A stretch of DNA of 64,000 bases from sequence record PV805630.1; one strand, written 5' to 3'. Within the stretch, counting starts at the first letter, position 1, and each line of letters opens with the position of its first letter. Positions 1-7,984 of the stretch are shown piece after piece. Origin of the DNA: a phage. The notes under the pieces are model-generated. The model ran no database searches and was not told the DNA's origin. It saw nothing but the letters and a program-made list of their open reading frames with translations. The translations under genes and the position numbers were made by a program.

Positions 1-138
1 TGGCAGGGGCTACACCCTTACACTCAACCATCCCCCCCGGTATGTTGACCATGTAGCCACTACCCTACCCCACCTTACACCTTACACTGACACACACACA
101 CTCATGTCTTTGTCTTATGTGCATGTCTTCGGCACGCA

Positions 139-157
139 CGCAAGCCTTCGGCTTGCG
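139..157. promoter_or_regulatory. Perfect hairpin CGCAAGCC-TTC-GGCTTGCG (8-bp stem, 3-nt loop) in left-end leader
   Basis: Inverted repeat read directly; no T-tract follows, so not a canonical intrinsic terminator; function unassigned. Confidence 0.3.
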
Positions 158-187
158 CGCGCGCCTGCATCTTTATAAAACATTTTT

Positions 188-204
188 GACGAACTTCGTT
201 CGTC
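188..204. promoter_or_regulatory. Perfect hairpin GACGAAC-TTC-GTTCGTC (7-bp stem, 3-nt loop)
   Basis: Inverted repeat read directly; directly abuts the 207-219 hairpin. Confidence 0.3.
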
Positions 205-206
205 TA

Positions 207-219
207 CATGCTCCGCATG
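207..219 (+). promoter_or_regulatory. Candidate virion-RNAP early promoter hairpin CATGC-TCC-GCATG
   Basis: 5-bp stem and 3-nt loop with GC-TCC-GC core; template strand reads GC-GGA-GC; about 120 nt upstream of first ORF; same core recurs at 1338 and 4936. Confidence 0.45.
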
Positions 220-338
220 TTACGGATATGTGAGATCGTAAGCTCCTTATCCCATGAGCCATTGGACATGTTTCCCTTACGATGTGCCTGTGCATCCACA
301 GGCAATCTTATTAATTATCAGAGATAGGAGCTATCATC

Positions 339-662
339 ATGACTACTACCGCTACTGTACGTATGACCGCAGGAACTCTGCTGGGTACTGTTAACTCAGC
401 TGCTACTACTGTTGCAGACACCTTCGGTGCTGCAACAAAAGCAGTTGGTATGCTTAATTCTTATGTAAGTACTATGGCAAAGAAACAAGCCATTCGTACT
501 AAATTAGAAATGCATACTTTCGAAAACAAATTAGCTGAAGAAACAGCTATGAACGAGACTCTTCGTAAGAAAAGTATCGAAGAATTCTGCAAAGATCCAG
601 AAAACGCTCGTATCTACAACGCAGAATATTCAAGAATAATCGACATCCTGTCTAAAGACTAA
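339..662 (+). CDS. Hypothetical early protein (107 aa)
   Basis: ATG preceded by TAGGAG RBS; first ORF after left-end leader. Confidence 0.6.
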   Translation: MTTTATVRMTAGTLLGTVNSAATTVADTFGAATKAVGMLNSYVSTMAKKQAIRTKLEMHTFENKLAEETAMNETLRKKSIEEFCKDPENARIYNAEYSRIIDILSKD

Positions 663-671
663 ACCAATTGG

Positions 672-690
672 GGGCTCTTCGAGCCTCCTA
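672..690. promoter_or_regulatory. Hairpin GGGGCTC-TTC-GAGCCTCC (3-nt loop)
   Basis: Inverted repeat just downstream of ORF 339-662; no T-run. Confidence 0.25.
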
Positions 691-751
691 TTAAGGGCAT
701 TAGATAGATAGATAGTCAGTTCTGTATAAAAAGTTAAAAGAGAATCCTACT

Positions 752-898
752 ATGAGCAAAGTAATAGATGCACTAATCGCAATTGTTATTGCACTTGCAC
801 TTGTTGTTATGGTTTCCGTATACATTGGAAAACCTCTGGTAAACGCTGACTATGGTAATGGTCAGAAAGTAAAATCCATCCTGCTAATGGATAAGTAA
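752..898 (+). CDS. Small hydrophobic protein (48 aa), below ORF-track length cutoff
   Basis: ATG..TAA in frame by hand translation (MSKVIDALIAIVIALALVVMVSVYIG...); single predicted TM helix; weak RBS. Confidence 0.35.
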   Translation: MSKVIDALIAIVIALALVVMVSVYIGKPLVNADYGNGQKVKSILLMDK

Positions 899-952
899 AA
901 ACTGGGCTGTTCCACAGCTTACGGGTACATTTCAACCAATTAGGAGACATCC

Positions 953-1168
953 ATGCACGCAGAAAATATCCGTATAATTGAGAATTGCTTCAGTGATAAA
1001 CCAGTAGACCTTAGCAATGCGAGAAGGTCTACAGATACAGAGTATAGAGAGTTTCTCTCCTTACTCGATGAATATCGTATGCAAGGGCATGTTGAATTAC
1101 ATGCCTATCTGCATAACTCAGGCTACTTCATGGATAAACTTGAAGCTGAGACAGGCTGTCCATTCTAA
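953..1168 (+). CDS. Hypothetical early protein (71 aa)
   Basis: ATG with TAGGAG RBS 7 nt upstream. Confidence 0.55.
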   Translation: MHAENIRIIENCFSDKPVDLSNARRSTDTEYREFLSLLDEYRMQGHVELHAYLHNSGYFMDKLEAETGCPF

Positions 1169-1337
1169 GTAAACCATTCCCTCTTAGGAGGGAATTAGCC
1201 ATCTTTAGATGGTTCAACTAGATAGATAGCTATTCGCAGAAGATGCGAAGCAGCATCTACTTTAGGATAAGTAAAGTGTCCCTGAATCTAAATCACCGTA
1301 AGAATCTCTGGATATCTTACATACCCTAAAAGACAAC

Positions 1338-1350
1338 GACGCTCCGCGTC
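1338..1350 (+). promoter_or_regulatory. Candidate virion-RNAP early promoter hairpin GACGC-TCC-GCGTC
   Basis: 5-bp stem, 3-nt loop; template strand reads ..AAGACGC-GGA-GCGTC.., close to my recollection of N4 P2 (GAAGC-GGA-GCTTC); about 110 nt upstream of ORF start 1459. Confidence 0.5.
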
Positions 1351-1458
1351 TTATGGATGATGTAAATGCATCCACTAATCATTGAATTTTTATCCTTTTG
1401 TTTGGGTGTTCTCGCCGACGAGTTCACCCGTCAATCACATAAATCTGGAGAGTACAAA

Positions 1459-1839
1459 ATGTCTATTCAAAAATTCACTTTCGGTCAGTCTAACGCTGCT
1501 ACTTCTACTGCTAAAGCGGATAAACCTAAAGCTCAGTTCTGGCTGAACATTGGTTATGTAGCTAATGAAGGTTCCGACGATGAGAAATTCATCTCGCTGC
1601 CTACTGGTATCCCGCTGGATACTCAGGAACCACTGCCTACTAACAGTAGCAATGCTGACTTCCGTGCTATGCGTTGTGCACAGAACGATTTGCTGGAACA
1701 GTTAATCGAATATGCTCAGAACCTGAAACCAGGTGAGGAGGGTATCATTAACCTGCAAGTTCAACTTCGTCGTGTGAAAGCAGAGGCTGCTGACATCCCA
1801 GCAGACGAGAATAAATATGCTCGGAAACTGACTTTCTAA
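1459..1839 (+). CDS. Hypothetical protein (126 aa from ATG 1459; ORF track gives 1366)
   Basis: ATG 1459 has GGAG RBS; ATG 1366 has none and would overlap the hairpin at 1338-1350. Confidence 0.55.
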   Translation: MSIQKFTFGQSNAATSTAKADKPKAQFWLNIGYVANEGSDDEKFISLPTGIPLDTQEPLPTNSSNADFRAMRCAQNDLLEQLIEYAQNLKPGEEGIINLQVQLRRVKAEAADIPADENKYARKLTF

Positions 1840-1848
1840 TCAACAACT

Positions 1849-1878
1849 GGACTCCTTCGGGGAGTCTTTTATTTTTAA
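1849..1878 (+). terminator. Intrinsic terminator (GACTCC stem, TTCGG loop, T-run)
   Basis: GGACTCCTTCGGGGAGTC followed by TTTTATTTTT. Confidence 0.6.
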
Positions 1879-1894
1879 CTCAGCGATAAACTAA

Positions 1895-1941
1895 GTTTAA
1901 CTTTTAGGGGCTTTTCGACGAAGAGTCACTAAAAGTTAAAC
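1895..1941. repeat. 13-bp perfect inverted repeat GTTTAACTTTTAG / CTAAAAGTTAAAC with 21-nt spacer
   Basis: Read directly; lies between terminator and next gene start. Confidence 0.45.
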
Positions 1942-1981
1942 GTAAACAGAAGCAGATAACTTAGAGTAAGGAGTAATCAAG

Positions 1982-2278
1982 ATGCGTACATTATGTAACC
2001 GTTATAATCCAACCGGACTGATTAACATCATGGCCTTGTATGGTAGCAAAATGACTTATGGTGCTCGTTGGCAAGTGTCTGTAGAAGACAAGAATGGCAA
2101 ATGTCATGACCACTACTTCGTAGCTAAGCCTACTCGTAAACAAATACGTAAATTGCACAATGTGCAAAAACATTACCTATCACAAAAATGCTATGAGTGT
2201 GGTAAGAGGATAGAACTAGGAAAAGAATTTACTTTTGATGACCTCAACTATGCACACACTGACTGCCTGAAAGGATAA
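1982..2278 (+). CDS. Hypothetical Cys/His-rich protein (98 aa)
   Basis: ATG with AAGGAG RBS; C-terminal CYECG...HTDC spacing suggests a zinc ribbon. Confidence 0.55.
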   Translation: MRTLCNRYNPTGLINIMALYGSKMTYGARWQVSVEDKNGKCHDHYFVAKPTRKQIRKLHNVQKHYLSQKCYECGKRIELGKEFTFDDLNYAHTDCLKG

Positions 2279-2282
2279 GACT

Positions 2283-2501
2283 ATGTTGGACTTCATTGCG
2301 TTTGTAATACTCTGTTATGTGCTGTATCGCCTACGTGGTTACATTCTCAATGGAGCCAAGTGGGTAAGAACTAAGCTGGTACTTATCTGTAAGTTACCCG
2401 TTGTATTCGTTAAGTGTCTGTTTGCTTCCATAGTAGCTAAAGAAGTTCGTAAGCAACTCTGGGCTAAAGAAGCAGAAGAGTTTGCGAAGAGGAACCAGTG
2501 A
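2283..2501 (+). CDS. Small membrane protein (72 aa)
   Basis: ATG 5 nt after previous stop; hydrophobic N-terminus FIAFVILCYVLY. Confidence 0.5.
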   Translation: MLDFIAFVILCYVLYRLRGYILNGAKWVRTKLVLICKLPVVFVKCLFASIVAKEVRKQLWAKEAEEFAKRNQ

Positions 2502-2664
2502 TATTCACTAACATTGAGGATGCCATTGAAGAATGTATCTTCCGTAGATATCACACTGGAGTACAGAAACGACACTATGGTGTTGTGCAACTCAATGGCT
2601 ATCAAATGGCTGTAAGAATTGTACGTAACAATAAACCTTTTAACTTTATGTGGAGTACTAAACA

Positions 2665-2793
2665 TGCGTAAGTCATTAATCATGGGAACCAAAGCTGACG
2701 TACAAAAGATGAAAGAACGTCTGGCTGCTAAGAAACAGGCATCTGAACCAGTACGTAAGATTGTTACCTTCAACCATCCGTGCATCAAATAAT
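2665..2793 (+). CDS. Small basic protein (42 aa), below ORF-track cutoff
   Basis: Hand translation MRKSLIMGTKADVQKMKERLAAKKQ...; ends just before terminator. Confidence 0.3.
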
Positions 2794-2795
2794 AA

Positions 2796-2830
2796 GGAGT
2801 CCTCCAATAGGAGGCTCCTATTTTTTATTT
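2796..2830 (+). terminator. Intrinsic terminator
   Basis: GGAGTCCTCC-AATA-GGAGGCTCC hairpin followed by TATTTTTTATTTTT. Confidence 0.6.
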
Positions 2831-2869
2831 TTGAATAGTTAGACATGTATTTAAATAGGAGATAGAACC

Positions 2870-3178
2870 TTGAATGAAATAGTATGTATACTTCCTCACT
2901 TAGCTAAAGTAGCCGATAGGAATATACGGATACATTTACCCTTCCCATTAAGTAATCCATTCACTCGTAATGAAAGAACCACAGTAGAGGATATAGAGGT
3001 AGCTTATGAGGCTTACCTTCGTAATCGTCTTATTAGTGGTGACAAATTAATTACAGCAGAGATGGAAAGGATTGCTGGCTTTGTCACGGATAGTACAAAG
3101 AAACCAGTTGGTTTAATTGGTACTGAATCTGATGTTAACGTTATTCGTAAAATATTAATGGAGGCTCTAAGCCAATGA
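2870..3178 (+). CDS. Hypothetical protein (102 aa, TTG start)
   Basis: TTG start with AGGAG about 8 nt upstream; compact gene packing. Confidence 0.45.
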   Translation: MNEIVCILPHLAKVADRNIRIHLPFPLSNPFTRNERTTVEDIEVAYEAYLRNRLISGDKLITAEMERIAGFVTDSTKKPVGLIGTESDVNVIRKILMEALSQ

Positions 3179-3396
3179 TGTACATGAGCAATTATGGTAT
3201 TTGCCCAGTCTGTAAGAAAGGACGTGGAGTTGCTAATCATAAGAAGTGTAGCCGTATATTGCAGAAACAACGGAACCAGGAAGAATGGTCTAAGGTGCTG
3301 GAAAATCAGCATAAAGAAGAGAATCAACAAATGGCTGTTAGGGCATCTACTCAACGTATTCGCCGTATTAACTATATACAAGGATACCAAAAGTGA
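3175..3396 (+). CDS. Hypothetical basic protein (73 aa)
   Basis: ATG overlapping upstream stop (ATGA coupling); CPVCKKGRG motif. Confidence 0.5.
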   Translation: MMYMSNYGICPVCKKGRGVANHKKCSRILQKQRNQEEWSKVLENQHKEENQQMAVRASTQRIRRINYIQGYQK

Positions 3397-3650
3397 TTAT
3401 TACATTCCCTGTAACTAAATCATTTAACTATATGGGACAAACTATTGAAGTCCCATTATGGGTTAAATATGTAGCCTTATTATCTCGACCACAGAAGAGT
3501 AAGAATGCCTCACTAATTGGATTTAGTAGAAAGCCTAAGCTAACTGAAAACTGTATTTGGAAGTCTAGTGGTAGACAAGAGGAAATTGGTTTTTGTGACT
3601 ATGTACCTCAACCGAATACAGTATATCTAACCCTGGAGAAAGTAGAGTGA
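3393..3650 (+). CDS. Hypothetical protein (85 aa, GTG start)
   Basis: Start/stop overlap with neighbours. Confidence 0.4.
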   Translation: MIITFPVTKSFNYMGQTIEVPLWVKYVALLSRPQKSKNASLIGFSRKPKLTENCIWKSSGRQEEIGFCDYVPQPNTVYLTLEKVE

Positions 3651-3961
3651 ATAATATTGTAGTAGTACATGATAATACATTTACTGACGTCGATAAGATG
3701 ATGCGTAATATTGATTATGTATCTCAGACTAGTAAAGCATTTAATGAAAAGTTCATTATTTACTGTGAACCAGAATCACCGCTGGTTCCCGTATTAAAGG
3801 AAGCTGGTCTACCCTTCTCTACAGAGAACTTCCCAGAGGAACCAGAGTATATGATCACATTCATATATGACTTACACGATGGCTCTCCTGCTAGTGAACT
3901 GGCTATGAACCAGTGGAGTAGTAAACGTCCTGTATATGCTTTCCAGGTACTTAAACCATGA
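3647..3961 (+). CDS. Hypothetical protein (104 aa, GTG start)
   Basis: GGAG RBS; ends ...FQVLKP; 3' end shares GGTACTTAAACCATGA with next gene. Confidence 0.5.
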   Translation: MNNIVVVHDNTFTDVDKMMRNIDYVSQTSKAFNEKFIIYCEPESPLVPVLKEAGLPFSTENFPEEPEYMITFIYDLHDGSPASELAMNQWSSKRPVYAFQVLKP

Positions 3962-4200
3962 TCTATGAAGAATATTATGTATTCAAAAAAGGAAATGATT
4001 TTATAGCTATGCCCAATGATTACATGGATTGGCATACAACTCCTGTATTAAAAGAAGCATTTTCCGTACCTAACCTGGAAGAGGTTAATAAAGTAATGAA
4101 CGGAGTAATGCTAACAAGAGGTATGGCTTACAAAATAGACGCATTAGAAGGAGCTTCTGTATGCAAAGTAACTACATCCATTGAGGTACTTAAACCATGA
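3958..4200 (+). CDS. Hypothetical protein (80 aa), probable paralogue of 3647-3961
   Basis: Ends ...IEVLKP with the same 16-nt 3' end as the upstream gene. Confidence 0.5.
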   Translation: MIYEEYYVFKKGNDFIAMPNDYMDWHTTPVLKEAFSVPNLEEVNKVMNGVMLTRGMAYKIDALEGASVCKVTTSIEVLKP

Positions 4201-4577
4201 AAGCTATCTCATTAGGTGATAACACCAATACTCTAATGGGTGAAACTGCTCGCTCAATTACCATTGTTAATAAACATCATGGTAAATCCGGTGAGTACAT
4301 TGGGCGTGGCTCACCATTAGGCAATCCATTTGTAATTGGTAAACATGGAACCAGAGAGCAAGTAATTGCTAAGTATAAGGTCTGGCTACAAGAACAGATT
4401 GATAAAGGTAATCCAGTTGTACTGGATGAACTCAATCATCTTGGTAATAAAGCCATTGACGAGAAAGGGCTGGCCTTACAGTGCTTCTGTTATCCGAAAC
4501 CATGTCATGGTGAAGTTATTAAAGAGAAGCTAGTACAGGCTATGTATAACTATTTTGTAGAAAATCCAAAAGGGTAA
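4197..4577 (+). CDS. DUF4326-like protein (126 aa)
   Basis: GRGSPLGNPF ... CFCYPKPCHG signature recalled for DUF4326. Confidence 0.55.
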   Translation: MKAISLGDNTNTLMGETARSITIVNKHHGKSGEYIGRGSPLGNPFVIGKHGTREQVIAKYKVWLQEQIDKGNPVVLDELNHLGNKAIDEKGLALQCFCYPKPCHGEVIKEKLVQAMYNYFVENPKG

Positions 4578-4580
4578 CTC

Positions 4581-4931
4581 ATGAAAGAAATCTTCGTATT
4601 CACTACCAACATATTAGGTCAGCATACCAATGCTGCTGCCAAGTTAGCTTATAAGAAGCACGGTGCACGTTGGGGTATGGCCTACGGTCATTATGGTAAT
4701 AGCTTTGCCATTCCAGTAAGGGATGGCAATGGTAACCGAATTAAAGAGGGTGCTATCTATGGCTTCGTTGAAGGCTTTATTTCCTATGCATCTACTAATC
4801 CACAGTGGGATTTCAAAGTAATGGGAGATGACTTTCTGGACCCATACCTGTTCAATAATGTTACTGGCAATGTACTGTTACCAGAAGCATGGCGTAAACA
4901 CTTAGGTGATGCTTACAACTACTGGTCATAA
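4581..4931 (+). CDS. Hypothetical protein (116 aa)
   Basis: ATG with RBS; no family assignable by eye. Confidence 0.5.
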   Translation: MKEIFVFTTNILGQHTNAAAKLAYKKHGARWGMAYGHYGNSFAIPVRDGNGNRIKEGAIYGFVEGFISYASTNPQWDFKVMGDDFLDPYLFNNVTGNVLLPEAWRKHLGDAYNYWS

Positions 4932-4935
4932 GAAT

Positions 4936-4948
4936 GGTGCTCCGCACC
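4936..4948 (+). promoter_or_regulatory. Candidate virion-RNAP promoter hairpin GGTGC-TCC-GCACC upstream of RNAPII genes
   Basis: Same GC-TCC-GC core as hairpins at 207 and 1338; about 35 nt upstream of RNAPII subunit 1 start. Confidence 0.45.
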
Positions 4949-4979
4949 TTGTGGTAATTAACTAATTGGAGAATATGCG

Positions 4980-5795
4980 ATGTACTCATCTATTGAACAT
5001 CAGAAGCAACTCGAAGTACTATTCAATAAAAATCAGCTCCTGCCAAGGATGCGAAAAGAGTTCGAGGACTCCGAAGAAATTGACTTTAAGGCATTCGCTG
5101 CCTATTTGGAAATTGATTATAAGCTGCTCATTGATGCAATGGTGCAGATTGCCCTACATAAACGTGCTGACATCCAGACTATGATTGGCTCTCTCATGAG
5201 CCACTCAGATGATGCTCAGTACATCGCTGACTGTCTGTATAAGATGGCAGAGAATGACTGCTTCAACTATGACCCTACCATCGACAAATTCGGTGTTATC
5301 TATGAGATTAGTGAAGATGTACAGATGGAACTGGAAGCATTCCAGTATCCATTACCTATCGTAAGTGCTCCTAATCCTGTCAGAACTAACAGGGATACTG
5401 GTTATTACCAGACCAAAGGAAGCATTATCCTCAAGAAGAACCATCATGAGATGGATGTCTGCCTTGATCACATCAACCGTATGAATAACCAACGCCTCTG
5501 TATTAACTGGGATGTTGCTAACTATGTAAAAGACTCTCGTCCTAACATGGATAAACCCAAAGAGGGTGAAACCCGTCAGGAATATGAGAAACGTGTTAAA
5601 GCCTTTGAGAAGTACAGTCGTACTGCTAAGGAAGTAATGGAGTTAGTGACTCAAGAAGGTAATAACTTCTCACTAGCACATAAGTATGACAAGAGGGGCA
5701 GAACCTATGCCTGTGGTTACCACATTAACTATGCGGGGACCTCTTATAACAAAGCAGTCATAGAGTTCGCAGATAAAGAGCTTGTGGAGGACTAA
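4980..5795 (+). CDS. Phage RNA polymerase II small subunit (N4 gp15-like, 271 aa)
   Basis: Size and position match the N4 two-subunit RNAPII; GGAG RBS. Confidence 0.75.
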   Translation: MYSSIEHQKQLEVLFNKNQLLPRMRKEFEDSEEIDFKAFAAYLEIDYKLLIDAMVQIALHKRADIQTMIGSLMSHSDDAQYIADCLYKMAENDCFNYDPTIDKFGVIYEISEDVQMELEAFQYPLPIVSAPNPVRTNRDTGYYQTKGSIILKKNHHEMDVCLDHINRMNNQRLCINWDVANYVKDSRPNMDKPKEGETRQEYEKRVKAFEKYSRTAKEVMELVTQEGNNFSLAHKYDKRGRTYACGYHINYAGTSYNKAVIEFADKELVED

Positions 5796-6409
5796 TGAAA
5801 ATGTGCAAAGACTGTGGAGAAGTTAAAGACCTATCCCAGTTTGTACCTAAAGCATCCTGCACAGACGGCTACGAAGTACGCTGCCGTAGTTGCAGGGTAC
5901 TCAAATACAATAAAGCTGATCCAGTTAAGATGTTTAAAAAGACATATCTCTCTCAGGTGAACCACTCTGTAACGAGAGGTCATCCACCACCAGCTTATAG
6001 TCTGGAAGAGTTATATGACTGGCTGGATAACCAGCCAAACATTCATGAACTATGGGATGCTTACGTCACCAACAACTATGCTAAGGACTTAAAACCATCA
6101 ATCGACCGTATAGATGACCTTAAGCCGTATACTCTTGATAACATTCAGTTAATGACGTGGAAAGAGAATAGGGACAAAGGTGCCAAGAGCAAAAAAGAAG
6201 GTGTTATTGGGAAGCATAAACCAGTGATTGCCTACCACTTGGATGGCTCAATCTATAAAGAATTTGTTAGTACCATTGAAGCTGCTAGACATGTGTCAGG
6301 CAGAGCATGGGGAATCACCACGGTAGCTGATGGCATACCGGTAAAGGATGGAAGGGATAAGCTCTACAATCCTAAAACATACAAAGGCTACATCTGGGCC
6401 TGGAAATAA
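5795..6409 (+). CDS. HNH homing endonuclease between the two RNAPII subunit genes
   Basis: SIDRIDDLKPYTLDNIQ HNH_3-type motif; Cys-rich N-terminus CKDCGE...CRSC; C-terminal AARHVSG DNA-binding-like module. Confidence 0.75.
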   Translation: MKMCKDCGEVKDLSQFVPKASCTDGYEVRCRSCRVLKYNKADPVKMFKKTYLSQVNHSVTRGHPPPAYSLEELYDWLDNQPNIHELWDAYVTNNYAKDLKPSIDRIDDLKPYTLDNIQLMTWKENRDKGAKSKKEGVIGKHKPVIAYHLDGSIYKEFVSTIEAARHVSGRAWGITTVADGIPVKDGRDKLYNPKTYKGYIWAWK

Positions 6410-6450
6410 TCCATTAAGCGGGGCTTACGCCCAAGAAGCGGAGAAATATC

Positions 6451-7668
6451 ATGCAATTACTTACTGCCCGTGAATACCTGAAAGTAGATATCGCTAACAA
6501 CTATGGCTTAGACAAGAAGACATGGGATGAACGTATTAGCTGGTTCGATGAGAACGAAGCTAACCTGCTCAATCTGGTAGATGAAGCTGAAGAATCTGCA
6601 CTGTTCTACGCAGGTGTAAACGCATGGAAAGACATGAAAGCCGGTAAACCTATCGGTTATGCCGTAGCTCTGGATGCTACATCATCTGGTTTGCAGTTAC
6701 TGGCTTGCCTGACTGGTGACCGTTCTGCTGCTGAACTGTGTAACGTAGTTAACTACATGGGGGAGAATGGTAAGCCATTACGTCGTGATGCTTATACAGT
6801 TATCTATCACAAGATGCTGGACATCCTTGGTGAATCATCCCGTATTAAACGTAGTGATACTAAGCAGGCAGTTATGACTGCGTTCTATGGTTCAGAAGCT
6901 AAGCCTAAAGAAGTATTCGGTGAAGGTATTCGTCTCAAGACTTTTGAGAATGTAATGGAAACAGTTGCTAGTGGACCTTGGGCACTGAACAAGTTCTTAC
7001 TGCAATGTGGTAACCCGGATGCTAACCGTTACGTATGGGTACTGCCTGACAACTTCCATGCTGTCATTAAGGTCATGGTTCCAGAAGTACAGACCGTTAA
7101 CTTCTTAGGTAAGCCATTCGACATCACCCGTATGGTACAGGGTACTGAAGATAAGACTCGTATGCTCTCTGCTAACATCACTCACTCTATTGATGGGATG
7201 GTGGTACGTGAAATGCTGCGTCGTTGTAACTTCAACATGAACCAGGTGAACTATGTTAAGTCCCTCTGTGAAGGAACCAGTGAGTATATGCTGGGTACTA
7301 GCGGGAACTACGACATGGTTAGTCAACTGTGGCATAACTATGAGAAATCAGGATTCCTGTCTACCCGTATCTTTGATTATCTGGATTCTGACTCAATTAA
7401 ACTGGTTGATACAGATGTAATCATGGCTATGATTAATACTATGCCTAAGAAACCATTCCCTGTAATGACTGTACATGACTGCTTCCGTTGTCATCCTAAC
7501 TACGGTAATGATCTGCGTCGTCAGTACAATCAGATTCTGTCTGACATTGCTAAGAGTGATCTACTGGGCTTCATCCTGTCTCAGGTACTGGGACAAGAGT
7601 TCTCTGCTGGTAAGCTGGATGACAGCCTCTGGCAGGACATCCTTGAAACAGACTATGCGTTAAGTTAA
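6451..7668 (+). CDS. Phage RNA polymerase II large subunit (N4 gp16-like, T7-like single-subunit RNAP fold)
   Basis: T7 RNAP-like motif A (LDATSSGLQ), motif B (DTKQAVMTAFYGS) and motif C (TVHDCF). Confidence 0.85.
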   Translation: MQLLTAREYLKVDIANNYGLDKKTWDERISWFDENEANLLNLVDEAEESALFYAGVNAWKDMKAGKPIGYAVALDATSSGLQLLACLTGDRSAAELCNVVNYMGENGKPLRRDAYTVIYHKMLDILGESSRIKRSDTKQAVMTAFYGSEAKPKEVFGEGIRLKTFENVMETVASGPWALNKFLLQCGNPDANRYVWVLPDNFHAVIKVMVPEVQTVNFLGKPFDITRMVQGTEDKTRMLSANITHSIDGMVVREMLRRCNFNMNQVNYVKSLCEGTSEYMLGTSGNYDMVSQLWHNYEKSGFLSTRIFDYLDSDSIKLVDTDVIMAMINTMPKKPFPVMTVHDCFRCHPNYGNDLRRQYNQILSDIAKSDLLGFILSQVLGQEFSAGKLDDSLWQDILETDYALS

Positions 7669-7675
7669 TAAACTG

Positions 7676-7710
7676 GCCTCATACCTTCGGGTATGGGGCT
7701 TTTATTTTTT
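7676..7710 (+). terminator. Strong intrinsic terminator (10-bp stem, UUCG loop, T-run)
   Basis: GCCTCATACC-TTCG-GGTATGGGGC followed by TTTTATTTTTT. Confidence 0.7.
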
Positions 7711-7727
7711 GCTTGGAGGTAGTCAAC

Positions 7728-7910
7728 ATGACAGACATCTATGATGTTATTACTAAAACTGTACTGATAGTTTTATCTGCTATTGTGGTACTCACTATAG
7801 CCAACGTTCATAAATCCAAGTTTTCCTATTGCTACTATGGAGCATATTCTGCCGGATGTTTTGTATTAGCCGGTTGGATAGCTTACTGGATTTACCGCAT
7901 CAACAACTAG
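7728..7910 (+). CDS. Small membrane protein (60 aa from ATG 7728)
   Basis: GGAGG RBS 7 nt before ATG; two hydrophobic segments. Confidence 0.5.
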   Translation: MTDIYDVITKTVLIVLSAIVVLTIANVHKSKFSYCYYGAYSAGCFVLAGWIAYWIYRINN

Positions 7911-7937
7911 CCACCCTCATGGGTGGCTTTCTTTTTT
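7909..7937 (+). terminator. Intrinsic terminator
   Basis: AGCCACCC-TCAT-GGGTGGCT followed by TTCTTTTTT. Confidence 0.55.
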
Positions 7938-7984
7938 ATCAGCCTTCATAATAATTAGGCATATTTACTCAAGAGGATACATGT

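Noticed and set aside
1366-1458. N-terminal extension of ORF 1366-1839
   Set aside because: ATG 1366 has no RBS and the extension would cover the promoter-like hairpin at 1338-1350; ATG 1459 has a GGAG RBS.
2339-3390. Minus-strand ORFs 2339-2788 and 3013-3390
   Set aside because: They oppose a dense run of plus-strand genes with RBSs, terminators and start/stop coupling; no minus-strand expression signals seen.
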